From: Octopus sinensis
Lineage: Eukaryota
Assembly (NCBI RefSeq): GCF_006345805.1
Contig: NC_043006.1
Span: 43,710,001-43,774,000, forward strand
DNA length: 64,000 nucleotides
Direction: 5' to 3'
The number at the start of each line of letters is the position of its first letter. The first letter of the stretch is position 1. Shown piece by piece: positions 40,948-52,465 of the stretch. The notes under the pieces were generated by a model. It worked only from the letters and a program-made list of their open reading frames with translations, was not told the DNA's origin and did not search any database. Position numbers and translations under genes: made by a program.

Positions 40948-41265
40948 TGATAATGCCATCATTGTCATCATCTTTGTCATCGTTACCAACATTGTTATCA
41001 TCATCATCAACATTACTATCATTGTCATCACCATTACTATCATTGTCATCATCATTACCATCATTGGCATCATCATCATTACTATCGTTGTCATCATCAT
41101 TTTCATTACCATCATCAACATTACTGTCGTCATCATCATCACCATCATCAACATTACTATCATCATCACTATCGCCATCATCATCGTCAACATCATCACT
41201 GTCCACCTTGTCATCAAAACTATCATCACCATCATCCTAATCATCATTGTCATCATCAATCTTCA
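40948..41265. repeat. Degenerate (CAT)n-derived minisatellite
   Basis: CATCATTACTATCATTGT-like units; produces the D/N-, M-, I- and S-rich ORFs in the track. Confidence 0.85.
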
Positions 41266-42134
41266 CCATTCCTCAGACTGTCACACATACCCAGCAAACG
41301 GAACCCTACCCACAACTAGCCCCCCCCCACCTCAACGACTGCCACTGCTCCTGCTGCCGTCACTAATATAACCAAACGTATGGAACAACAATAACAGACA
41401 CACAGACTGTTGCCAGCACCATAATTCTTATCAGTATCATTGTGAACACCAGCAAGATTGTCAAACTCTTTACCATTATTATGATCAACAGTATTTAAAA
41501 TGCCACTGGCAACAAGAACAGCAACAACAAAAATCAATCATTTATCACCATGTTCATCATTTGTCCACTCCCACTTTTCATCATCATCATCACTGTCAAT
41601 AACACTATTGTCATTGCTATCCCTTCACACAACAAACACCATTGTCAGTAGCAGAGGCAGGTGATGGCAGTGGTGGCGGTGATGGCAGTGGTGGTGGTGG
41701 TGGTGGCAGTGGTGGTGGTGTTTCTTGAATTGATCCGCTATCGTATTGACCATCATGCAATTTACTTTCTCCAATCAGCTCATTTGACTGAAAACATCTG
41801 ATTTATTCTCAAAAATCACGATGACAGAATAATCGATAATATTAAATAAGAACAGAAATGTGAAGAAAAAGCCTTAATATATATATATAAAAAAAATTTT
41901 AATATAAAAAAACATTAGAGGGAGTAGGAGACAGACAGAGAAAGGAGGAGGAGAGAAAAGAGAGTAGGAGGGAAACGAAAAGGCATAGGAGTGGAGGGAG
42001 GAGGGAGTGACAGAAAATGTGTGGGAGGAGAATGAGAAAGATTGATGGGGCAGGCATAAAAGAGAGAACAAAACAATGAGAGAGAGAGAGAGAGATCAAG
42101 ATGGTTAGAAGAAATTCACACACACATACACACA

Positions 42135-42290
42135 CACATCCTTCCACAAGTTTCAGTCTTTTGACTGCAGCCACATTGGGATACCACCTTCAAGGGTTTT
42201 GCTAACCATACTGGCTCCAATGTTTTATCATTTCAGTCTGTAACTTATTTTAGAGACCTCTGTTTGTCGAACCATTAAATAACACAACAC
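42135..42290 (-). mobile_element. SINE family A tail fragment
   Basis: GTTTCAGTCTTTTGACTGCAGCCAC...CACCTT. Confidence 0.6.
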
Positions 42291-42303
42291 AAAGAAACAA
42301 TAA

Positions 42304-42339
<36 letters not shown>

Positions 42340-42383
42340 CAGATCTGTACAGTAGATGTCATATGACTGAAGTGTTCAAAGTA

Positions 42384-42955
42384 TTGGATTGTCCAGAAAG
42401 TTCGTGCCGATTTATTGTAGCTTACCTTTCGACTTATTTGAGAACATGAACATGGTTGAGTCCATAAAATAGGATTTGACTACATCTCCATTTAGAGCAC
42501 AGTTTAAGCTATCTTTTTGTGGAAGAAGGTTTACATTCCTATAACCTGTGTTAATTCTGTAACCCTTTAAAATGGAAGATAAGAAAGTTCATTTTCGGCA
42601 CTTGATGCTTTGGGAACCAGACAAAAATTGCTGCAGCTCGGATGGGATGTGTTACCCCACCCTCTATATTCCCCAGATATTGCTCCTTCGGATTTCCATT
42701 TATTCAGGTCTCTGCAGAATAGTCTTAATGATAAAAATTTCAATTCCTTGGATGACTTAAAAAGATACCTTGATGAATTCTTTGCCATGAAACCGTCTCA
42801 ATTCTGGGAAGAGAGTATTTTCAAGTTAAAGGAAAGATGGAGATGCATTGTGCAACAAAACGGTTCATATTTGGTTGATTAAAAATGTAATAGCAAGTAT
42901 TTATTGACCTCTTTCTGTCCTTTAAAAATCGGCACAAACTTTCTGGACAACACAA
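42384..42955 (+). mobile_element. Internally deleted mariner transposon (572 bp, non-autonomous)
   Basis: 30-bp TIRs (TTGGATTGTCCAGAAAGTTCGTGCCGATTT; 3 mismatches) at 42384-42413 and 42926-42955, with TA TSD on both sides. The transposase N-terminus MEDKKVHFRHLMLW is fused to the C-terminus ...PHPLYSPDIAPSDFHLFRSLQN...ERWRCIVQQNGSYLVD. Confidence 0.97.
42610..42882 (+). pseudogene. Mariner (DD34D) transposase C-terminal fragment
   Basis: YSPDIAPSD motif (canonical YSPDLAPSD, carrying the third catalytic Asp) at 42667-42693, in an uninterrupted frame. Confidence 0.95.
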
Positions 42956-43247
42956 TAGATAGAATCTGTGGAATAGGAAGACACATAGAGTGAAGTGGTG
43001 ATCTCAAGATGCTGCCCTCATGAAGAAGATGACGAAGAACTGTGACAATGGTCAACAAGCACTAATGGAGAAGACTCACTGATGCAAAGCAGTACAAAAC
43101 AGGTGCTTAAATATTGACAGTAATGGAGGCAGTGACAAATGTAAACCTATACGGTAGACATACAAACGTGTTGGATTTACTTATTTTGCCGATGATGATG
43201 ATAATAATATCTAACAAGTATTCATATGAATGCTCACTCATTTTTTT

Positions 43248-43620
43248 ATATATCATCATCATTTAACATCTGCTTTTCATGCTGGCATGCGTGGGATGGT
43301 TTGACTGAGCACTGGCAAGCCATAAGGCTGTGCCAGGCACCAATTTGATCTGGCAAGGTTCCTATAGCTGGATGTCTTTCCCAACACCAACCACTCCAAG
43401 AGTGTAGTGGGTATTTTATTACATGCCCCCAGCATGGGAGCCAGTCAGGCAACACTAGCATTGACCATACTTGAATGGTGCAATTTAGATGTCACCGGCA
43501 TGGGTGCCAGTCAGGCGACACTGGCATCGGTCATGCTTGAATGGTGCTTTTTACATGCCACTGGCACAGGTGCCAGTCAGGCAGCACTAGCATCAGTCAC
43601 ACTCAAATGGTGCTTTTTAC
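43248..43620 (-). mobile_element. RTE-related 3' end (family C variant) with internal tandem sub-repeats
   Basis: CATCATCATTTAACATC...CATGCTGGCATG, followed by three GCCAGTCAGGC...CTTGAATGGTGC sub-repeats. Confidence 0.8.
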
Positions 43621-43683
<63 letters not shown>

Positions 43684-44431
43684 TATATATATACATATAC
43701 ACATACATATATATACACACATAGAGGATAGGGATAAAAAAAACAGAACATAACTCCAATCCCAATCTTTCACTCTACTACTACAACAACTACTACTACT
43801 ACATGACCACTTGTTCCCCTGTCATCATCACTGACAGCATCAGCACTGTTATGAACAGTGAATAGTAGAAGCAATTCTACTCTACACGTCTAATAGATTT
43901 GCAAATGAGTTTATAAAACTAATCTAATTCCAAAAATGGTAAATTTTATTAAGAAGATTATTTTGTTTGCAACTTTTCCTAGTTAGCTATGGAAGATTTT
44001 AAAGATGATATTAAGAAAGTATTATGCAAAATATGGTAAAACTAAATGAAAAAGAAGAAAAAAATAAATCGGAGCGAATTAACCCAAAATAACACAAAAA
44101 ACATAAAACCTTTGCTTTCTTAGAATTTGAGTCATTCCTATTTGCAAGAAGACAGATGTAGACAGCATAAGGTACAACTTTCTTCTGCTGTTTATACAAA
44201 GTGGCATCATAATTTTCGACAATGAAAAGTATTAAGTTAGTGAAGATGTCGACAGAGATACTGTTATAAAGATGTTATATGGAGACATTGTGTAATATGA
44301 ATAAGATAGTAGGTGTATGGCTATGTGTATGTGTATAATAGTAGCACATAGTAGCATAGAAGAGTGTATATACCAACTGTGTAGGAGTGGAGATTGGTGC
44401 TAAAGAGAAGTGTAGGATTGTGAGGCATGAG

Positions 44432-44690
44432 GGGTCATCATCATCATTTTAGTGTTCATTTTTCTGTGATTTGTTGAGACAGATTTTTTTCTGTGGTCGG
44501 GTGCTCTTCTTTCTGCTAACCCTAATCTCTTTCCAAGTAAGGTGATGTTTTCCTTGTGGCCAGTCATGTTTTCCTGGAAGACTGAATATGAAGGAGAGCA
44601 ACTGCATGATGGTGGCACTTGTTTACAGCTATCATGAGAGGTCAAGGCAAGGTGACAGTCACATGCACACACACGTGTGTGTGCATGTGT
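44432..44690 (-). mobile_element. Retroposon 3' fragment, family D, with (GAT)n tail
   Basis: (CAT)n at about 44436, then a body similar to 8790-9000. Confidence 0.6.
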
Positions 44691-45107
44691 CTCAGAAGTG
44701 TTAGAGGGGGAAAATAATCCCAAGAGATATGCGACAGAAAACAATAATGGCATAGGCAAAGGAAAGTGAATGAGACAGTGGTATGAGACTAAAAATGTTT
44801 AGTGATTTACAACTATTGACTGATGAATATAGCTACAAAAACTAAACACTGCTGAGTGATTATGATACAGGCTAATACAATGTTAATAGTATACAGTGAT
44901 ATATAGAATATATAGAGAGTGAAAACAGTAATAATCAGTAGTACGACAATATTTCTACGTATGTTTATTTGCTTGTTCTGTTGCCTGAGGGAATGGAGTG
45001 GAAGGTTTAAGCAAATTTAGACAATTTACATGAATTATATTATACTGTCTATTTACAGGTAAATATTGTTCATTAATAACACTGTTCATTAACCCTACGC
45101 TCTGAGA

Positions 45108-45700
45108 AAGAATACTAGCTTCAATTCCCATATGAATGTTATTTTACACTCAGGTGAACACATCTATTGTGTGAATAAGCAAGGAAAATAGAAGTCTCTT
45201 CATATGAAAACCGAACTTCCAGACCATTGATAAATATTCACAAACTCTATTGAAGAGATGTGTGTATATAGAGAAGGAAATAATTTTTACCTGAACGTTT
45301 TGCACCATATTTGGTAAATATAATAAAAACAAATGATATTAATTGGCTGGAGAGTGGCTTTGCTTTGGACACCGAAATGTAATTTACATTCTAAGATTTC
45401 AGTACCAAGAACTGTTGTGCTACATCAGTTGAATACTTAGAAAATTTTCATTTACTGAAAAATGAGAGATTTTATTATTGTGAACACTGTTCACTAAATT
45501 AAGATCAATAAATTTCACTTCTAGTAGGTCATTAAATTACCTTTTTATTGTATATTTATATATCAGTACTTTAAAAATTAGATGGCTACATGAATTTTCA
45601 ACAAGCAAGGAATATAAATATTGTACCTTGTAAGTATTGCACTAATTATAGAAGTATTGTACCCTACCCAAGAGATAATTACATTATATTAATACAGGTG
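45108..45700 (+). pseudogene. Copy 1 of a locally duplicated, decayed multi-exon gene-like unit
   Basis: Aligns with 47500-47715 plus 48268-48610. Putative exon 45396-45527 (AG/GT bounded) reads DFSTKNCCATSVEYLENFHLLKNERFYYCEH. Putative terminal exon from 45154 reads EHIYCVNKQGK*. Confidence 0.5.
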
Positions 45701-45787
45701 AGAACTCACAAACGCAACTCAGAAATTGAACCACTTCCCACTATGACACCTCTATGATAAGATGTATTTGGTCACTGAAAAAAACTA

Positions 45788-46395
45788 CATCATCATCATC
45801 ATCATCGTTTAACGTCCGTTTTCCATGCTAGCATGGGTTAGACGATTTGACTGAGAACTGGCAAACCAGATGGCTGCACCAGGCTCCAATCTGATCTGGC
45901 AGAGTTTCTACAGCTGGATGCCCTGCCAACTACTCCCAGGGTGTAGTGGGTGCTTTGATGTGCCACCAGCACGAGGACTAGTCAGGCGGTACTGGCAACG
46001 GCCACACTCAAATGGTGTTTTTGACGTGCCACCTGCACAGGAGCCAGTCCAGCAGCACTGGTAATGACCTCGCTCGAATGGTGCTTTTTAAGTGCCACCA
46101 GCACAAAAGCCAGTTAGCTACTCTGGCAACAATCACACTCGGATGGTGCTCTTAGCGCTCCACTAGCATGGATGCCAGTCACCGAATTTGATTTCGATTT
46201 CACTTGCCTCAACAGGTCTTCACAAGCAGAGTTTAGTGTCCAATGAAGGAAAGGTACGTATAAGTGGGCATAGGCCATGAGGTTATGATCTCACCTGGCT
46301 TGCCATGTTTCTCAAGCACAGCATATTTCCAAAGGTCTTGGTCACTAGTCATTGCCTTGGTAAGGCCTAATATTCGAAGGTCATGCTTCACCACT
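45788..46395 (-). mobile_element. 5'-truncated RTE-clade LINE (ORF2 end, 3' UTR, (GAT)n tail)
   Basis: VVKHDLRILGLTKAMTSDQDLWKYAVLEK resembles the RTE C-terminus (V..DL..LGL......DR..W). Tail at 45788-45805. Confidence 0.85.
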
Positions 46396-47499
46396 GCGAA
46401 CTTATTTGTTACACATGAAATGGTCTGATAAAAACTAAAAGAAAACACAGCTGAATAGTTGATGGTTTCTATTGTCACTGATATTACATTATTTCCTTAG
46501 CCAAGATACTTAACTCTCAGTGAGCAACTTAATCTAACTGAAAATAGGTGAATACAAATGTACAGTTTACAACTGAAAATGGCAGACAGGTTGTATTAGC
46601 AAGGCTCATTTCATTTGTCTGCAGCAAATGAACTCAGATTCTCAGAAGCATTTATTTTCTGGGGGAAATTTTTGTCTTTTGTTGTGGTATTTTTATATTT
46701 TTATGCAACAGGAAAGATATTTTTCAACTGCTTAACACCTTGAAAAGTACAATAAACTTCAAAACAGTTCAATACACAACAGTAAAGAGGGTAAAAAGTG
46801 GGAAATATCAAGTAAAAATATGTACATTGATTTTATTAACACTGAATTGGACGGGGGTGGTAGATGACCTTTGGGAGATTCAAACTTAAAATCCTTAAGT
46901 TTCTTTACCTGAAGGCATAAGAACTGATTTATATTTTTGTAAATTTTTTTTTTTGTTTTAATTTGCCTTTGTTTGGCTTTTGTTTCATTTTTTTTTTCTC
47001 GTGGGAGTTTGTTTCCTTTTTGGCTTTGTCATTAGTTTGAATAAACACTATGAAAACATTGTATTCAGTCGACAAACTCTGACATTCAATTGTAAAGCTT
47101 TAGGGGAACACTCATCTAGCATTAAACATGGATCAATAACTTAACATGGAGCACAACACGGAAGTTCTGTTGCCAAAGATGATGATAGCATGTGAATAGA
47201 GGGGAACCAGAATTAGCATCGAGAAAACCATGCATAATTAGTGTAAAACAAAAACAATAAAGATAACAACAGTATCAATAACAACGACATCCAAAAGAAA
47301 TAGAATGTATCCGGTGATTAAATCATAATATAATTATTTTTCAGATATATTTATTAGTATTAATTGATTTAAATTTTTTTTTTGTTTTTGTTTTTGTTTT
47401 TGTTTTTTAAAATCAATGCCACCGAAGTAATGTCACTAAATTACAATGATCAAGTATCAAAGAGATGTTAAATAGTTGGTGAAATGAAAAGCTGCTGTA

Positions 47500-48715
47500 G
47501 ACTATGCTGGCTTTATTCTCACATGAATGTTATTTTACACTCAGATGAGCACCTTTACATATATATTGTGTGAATAAGCAGGAAAAATAGAAGTCTCTTC
47601 GTGTGAAAACCGAACTTCCAGCCCATTGGTGATTATTCACAAACTCTATTAAAGAGATGTGCACGTAGAACGGGAGAAAGATTTTACTTGTACCTTTTAT
47701 ACCGTACATGGCTGGCATTATTCTAACTCTACCATACTCCAAGACTGTTGAACCATACACATTATTACCACCTCAGTACAATTACAATTACACAACTAGT
47801 TAATTTCTTTCTTACGGTGTGAAGGATGGTATTTAGAAGATCTAAATATGTTTGACGGGTAGAAAGTGTGTGAATCCTGTTTAGCAGCCATTCGGAATAA
47901 AAGCAGTTCTATCATGCTCTTTGTATCTACTGAAACATGTGCATGTTACAGTGGATATGCAGAAGTGTACAGATACATGAAGATATCGGTAACTGGTAGG
48001 CATTTATTTGTAAGGATAAGGCAGCAACACTTATGTTACAGTAGTGCACGATACATGAATCTACACTAAATGGCAGAAGACTCTGCCACATGATACATGG
48101 AGAATAAAATAAATATAGTTAGTTAATGCTTTTTAAACCAAATATTCTAGCGGAATTCCATCTTTGCTTTTCATAGAAAAAATGATTAGTTCAAAAGCTG
48201 CTACATGAAAGTTAATGCAGCACTTGGCTGGGTTCTGTCTTCACAGTATTATTCCTATCATTACCAGGTAAAAATTATAAAAATAAATGGTATTAATTGT
48301 TTGAAGAGTAGCTTTACTTTGGACACAGAAATAAATGCAATTACCTTCTAAGATTTCAGCACTGAGGATTGCGCTTCTCCAATTGAATACTTGGAAAATT
48401 TTTATTCAATGAAAAATGAATGATTTTTATTATTGTGAGCAGACTTTACTTAAACTAAGATCAATAAATCTCAATTCTAGTAGGTCAGTGAATGACCTTT
48501 TTATTGTATATTTATATATCAATGCATTAGAGTATCAAGAATTAGACATTACATGGAGATTCGACTATGTATTATATACCCAAGAAATCAACTTGCATAT
48601 AGATGAACATAAAACAGTCCAGCCTTCTGCAAATAGCATGTATATAACCTATTGTATTGTGTTCCACGGCAATCCATTTAGGGCTGGGTCTTTTAGTGGA
48701 AGAAAACTTCTATAA
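47500..48715 (+). pseudogene. Copy 2 of the duplicated, decayed gene-like unit (contains about 555 bp absent from copy 1)
   Basis: Exon-like 47545-47590 reads ..YCVNKQEK*. A signal-peptide-like segment at 48205-48267 ends in CAG|GTAAAA and is followed by an 85-nt intron. Exon 48353-48483 reads DFSTEDCASPIEYLENFYSMKNE-FYYCEQTLLKLRSINLNSS. Confidence 0.5.
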
Positions 48716-49344
48716 TAGTTACAGAACTTTGTGAAAAGGTATAAATTGCAAATGCTAAAATTCTACTTCACCAGGAATCACAGAAATTAATGTTGTAGGA
48801 GGGTATACAATACAAAGATAATTCATTTTTAGTAATTTATGGAAACGATAATAAATCAAAATCTATAAATGAAAACCGATCAATATCTAGAGATTTTTCA
48901 TTGTATATGTGACACAGTTCCATAGGAAATGGCCATATAACTTGCCTCTATGGCTATCATGAATCTTGAAGAACTACTTAAGCTAAATACAGAGGAAGAA
49001 TTATGTCTTTGATAGCTACAAATTGTTTGGAAAGCATTTCATAAGAACAAGACAATAGATACAGCAATAACAGACGGCTTATTCACCAGACGTATGATAA
49101 AAGTGATATTCTATGCCCCATATAGTAGTAGAGTAGAGCAAACAAGTTGAAGAATGAATTTTATCCAATGAAATATTAGCATAAGATTTTTTTAAATTCA
49201 ATTCAGAAAATCTAGAACGATTCTTCTTATCATAACAGGAAGCTATGTATTAAGACTTAAAAACAAAATATTAATTAGCATCTCTGAAGCTTGCTTAATG
49301 AGAGACAAATTAAGAAGATTCGTTAAAGAGACTTGATGGAGAAC

Positions 49345-49397
<53 letters not shown>

Positions 49398-51443
49398 GAA
49401 ATTAAAATATTTCATTGGAAGATAAACTTATTCAATAGATGCCAGAGATTTAAAAGTAATTCAGGGGAATATCTGAGTTTTATTTCTGCAAACGAAAAAG
49501 TAGCAAATAAAATAGAACAAATGTATGAGTAATGCCCTTGCTGTGATGTTAATTTTCACTTGTAAAAATGTGATTTCGTCTTTTATCTAAAATGCAGACT
49601 GGCTGCACTTAAACTTGGGGGATATTTCTAATATTCTATGCCAGTCCTAATGTTCTTCGGTGTACTCAGATCAAATTGTAAACGTAAAAAAGAAACACAG
49701 AAAGCACTGGGAATCAGACTGGGGATGCAGGTGGATGGCACATAGCATCTCATAATTTAGCAAATTAATATTGTGGTTTTGAAAAGGTAAGGTTAAGAGG
49801 TGAGTATGAGGGTAGCAGTGGTGGAGATGATGACAGTTTGTGTTTAAAGCGACCACATCTACATAGGAGAAAGTTTATTCAGTGAACCGTACTGCTATAT
49901 AAATATTGAAGTCTTGCGACTTCGATGATCTTATGTGTTACACCAGAAACCTCATTCTTTCCTAGCTTTTTTTTTCCCTCTCTCTCTCTCTTTCACACGT
50001 TTTGGTTTTTTTTTTTTTTTTTTTTTTCTTCTTCTTTTTCTTGGTCAGGTGCGCTGTCTGCTTGAAATAAAACTAATTTATAGCACCGGTGCAGTGCAGC
50101 ATTCAAATTTATGTCCACTAATCCAGCAACTATAAATATGAATGCTGGACAAGATATCACTAATGGCTGAAAAGCTTTGTAGATATAGATACACATACAA
50201 GAACAGGCAAGACACACACACACACACACATGGAGGAGACTAGACGGAAGAGCAAGAGAGAGCCAGTGTGTGTCAGAGAGAGAAAGAGATGTCTTAGTGA
50301 TACTACCGATAACACCAGAAATATAACTGTCATTAGTGCTTGTGTTTATGTTTTCTAATTTGTTTATGCATTTTTTTTTTTAGTTTTATTTTCCTTATCT
50401 TCATTGGTACCAAAAAAAAAAGTGCACAAACAAAACCAAATGAAAAGAAATATTTGTGAAACAAAGATATCAACATAAAATTCAAGTAACTTGTTTGTTT
50501 GGGTTGTTGAAATCTTTTCCATTGATTACATTACTCCCTCCCCCTATCACCCACCCTCTTTCATTCTCATTTTTTTTTTTTTTTTTTTTTTTTTTGTTCT
50601 CTAATCAACATAAAACTCTGTGTCTTTCCCCTCCTGCTTCCGCAATTTTTCTCTCTCTTAACTTCAGGAGAGTAACTTTCTTCCTTCCCCTCTACACTGT
50701 GCATGTATCTCCAACAGACATACTTCTCTCTCTCTCTCTCTCTCTCCTCTTCCTAAGCTGACATGTAACGTTACAGCTAAAACAACCTGATAGCGTTATA
50801 AATACTGTATCTTTTCAGCTCTCTCTCTCTACAAAAGAGACAGAATAAAAGAGAAGAGACCGTAAAAGAAAGATTGAAAAAGAAAAAAAATGAGGAATAT
50901 TAAAAACAAAAAAAAAAAAATGAAAGAAAGAAAAGACAAAGATTTAAAACACAAGCAGGAGCATTCAGTAAAGTTAATTGATATTAATTAGCATGATTGT
51001 CAAAATGTGATAACAGGTTCCCATACAAAGCTACTGGCAAGCACCCCCCCCCCTTCTCCAGTTTGTATTCTACATCATTGACGCTATCCTCTTCTAATTC
51101 TACAACAAGAACATTTCTAAATAAGCAAGAATAATTATTTGCAACACTGTCATGGGGAAACTCCGGTTTTAGAAGTGAGTAAATTGAAATGAATCCTACA
51201 TCTTTAAATCACTACAGGAAAAAACACGAAGTCTTGTGCAGTGCCACATCAGTTCAATCACCGGATTGCTATTGGACATCATTGCTTCTTTCAAGGAAGG
51301 AGGAAGAGGAGGAAATGGTTCAAATGGGAATTGAAACCAATGAGTCTACATTATTATGGTGGGGTGGTGTTTAAAAGTTCGCTTCACAACAATGTTGTTA
51401 TTATTATTATTATTATTATTAATTTTCCATCAAAGACGGCTTT

Positions 51444-51552
51444 GCCTTTCATCTTTCCAGGGTCAATAAAAATAAGTGCCAGACATGTACTGGGGTCCAT
51501 ACAATGGACCACACCCTCAACATTTTAGGCTTTGTGCTTATATCAGAAAGGA
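51444..51552 (+). mobile_element. SINE family B 3' half
   Basis: CTTTGCCTTTCATC...GGTCAATAAAATAAGT...AGAAAGGATTATT. Confidence 0.7.
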
Positions 51553-51925
51553 TTATTGCCTCTGCCTTAGCAAAGGCAGAGGTATTGTTTTCAGTTGCAT
51601 TTGTTTGTTTGTTTGTCCGTGGGCAAGATATCTCAAGAACTGCTGGATGGATTCAAATGAAACTTTCAGGGATGTCTGGCCTCATAACTGGCACAAACTG
51701 ATTAGATTTTGGGATCGATCCAGTACTGGACATGGATTCTTGATTATTTTTCCTGTTTTTTTTTTTTACTTACTTTTTAAGATGGTCAGGTTCATTTTTA
51801 GTCTTCTCATTTGTGACAGCAGTCGAGTTTATTTCAGATATTCTAATTTTAAAAATCATCTCTGGCTAATTGTTGAGAGGACATAGGTGTTGCCTTGGCG
51901 GAGGTTTGCACTCTCTAAGAGCTCG
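51553..51925 (+). mobile_element. Helentron-associated (HINE/DINE-1-like) non-autonomous rolling-circle element
   Basis: 5' perfect 10-bp hairpin CCTCTGCCTT-agca-AAGGCAGAGG (51559-51582), (GTTT)n tract, 3' subterminal GCCTTGGCGGAGGT followed by a degenerate stem-loop. Inserted in a TT/ATT context. Confidence 0.6.
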
Positions 51926-51964
51926 TTATTATTATCATTATGACTACTGATGATGATTTCATTG

Positions 51965-52465
51965 TGGTCAACTTTAACTTTTGTCTTATTGGGTTAACTA
52001 AAATAAGTACCATTAAGTACTGGGGTCGATATAATTGACTAGTCCCCACCCCAAAATTTCAGATCTTGTGCCTACAGTAGGAAGGATCATCATCACTACC
52101 ATCATCATCAGTAGTGATGGTGATGGTTGTGGTGGTTTCTAATTTAGACACAAATTTTGAGGGATAGGGCTTACTTCATAACATCAACTTGATCAGTACT
52201 TTATTCAATGAACCCAGAAGTGTTGAAAGGCAAATTTGACTAGGGATGGATATGAACTCAGAATGTAAAGAGCCAGAACAAATATCACAAGGCATGATGA
52301 TTGCTTCAGACTTTAGCACAAGGTCTGAAATTTGAGGCAAGAACGTCTACCAAATCCACTGACAAGGGTCTGGTCAGCTCAAGGCTATAGCAGAAAACTG
52401 GACTGAACCCAGAACCATGTGGTTGGTAAGCAAGCTACTTACCAAGCAGCCACTCCTGCACATAC
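51965..52465. mobile_element. Cluster of SINE fragments (B tail +, B -, A head -)
   Basis: Recognisable family B pieces at about 51965-52090 and 52150-52290, and a family A head at about 52340-52465. Confidence 0.7.

Noticed and set aside
40750-41371. 157-169 aa M-, I- and S-rich ORFs as genes
   Set aside because: They arise from the degenerate (CAT)n repeat.
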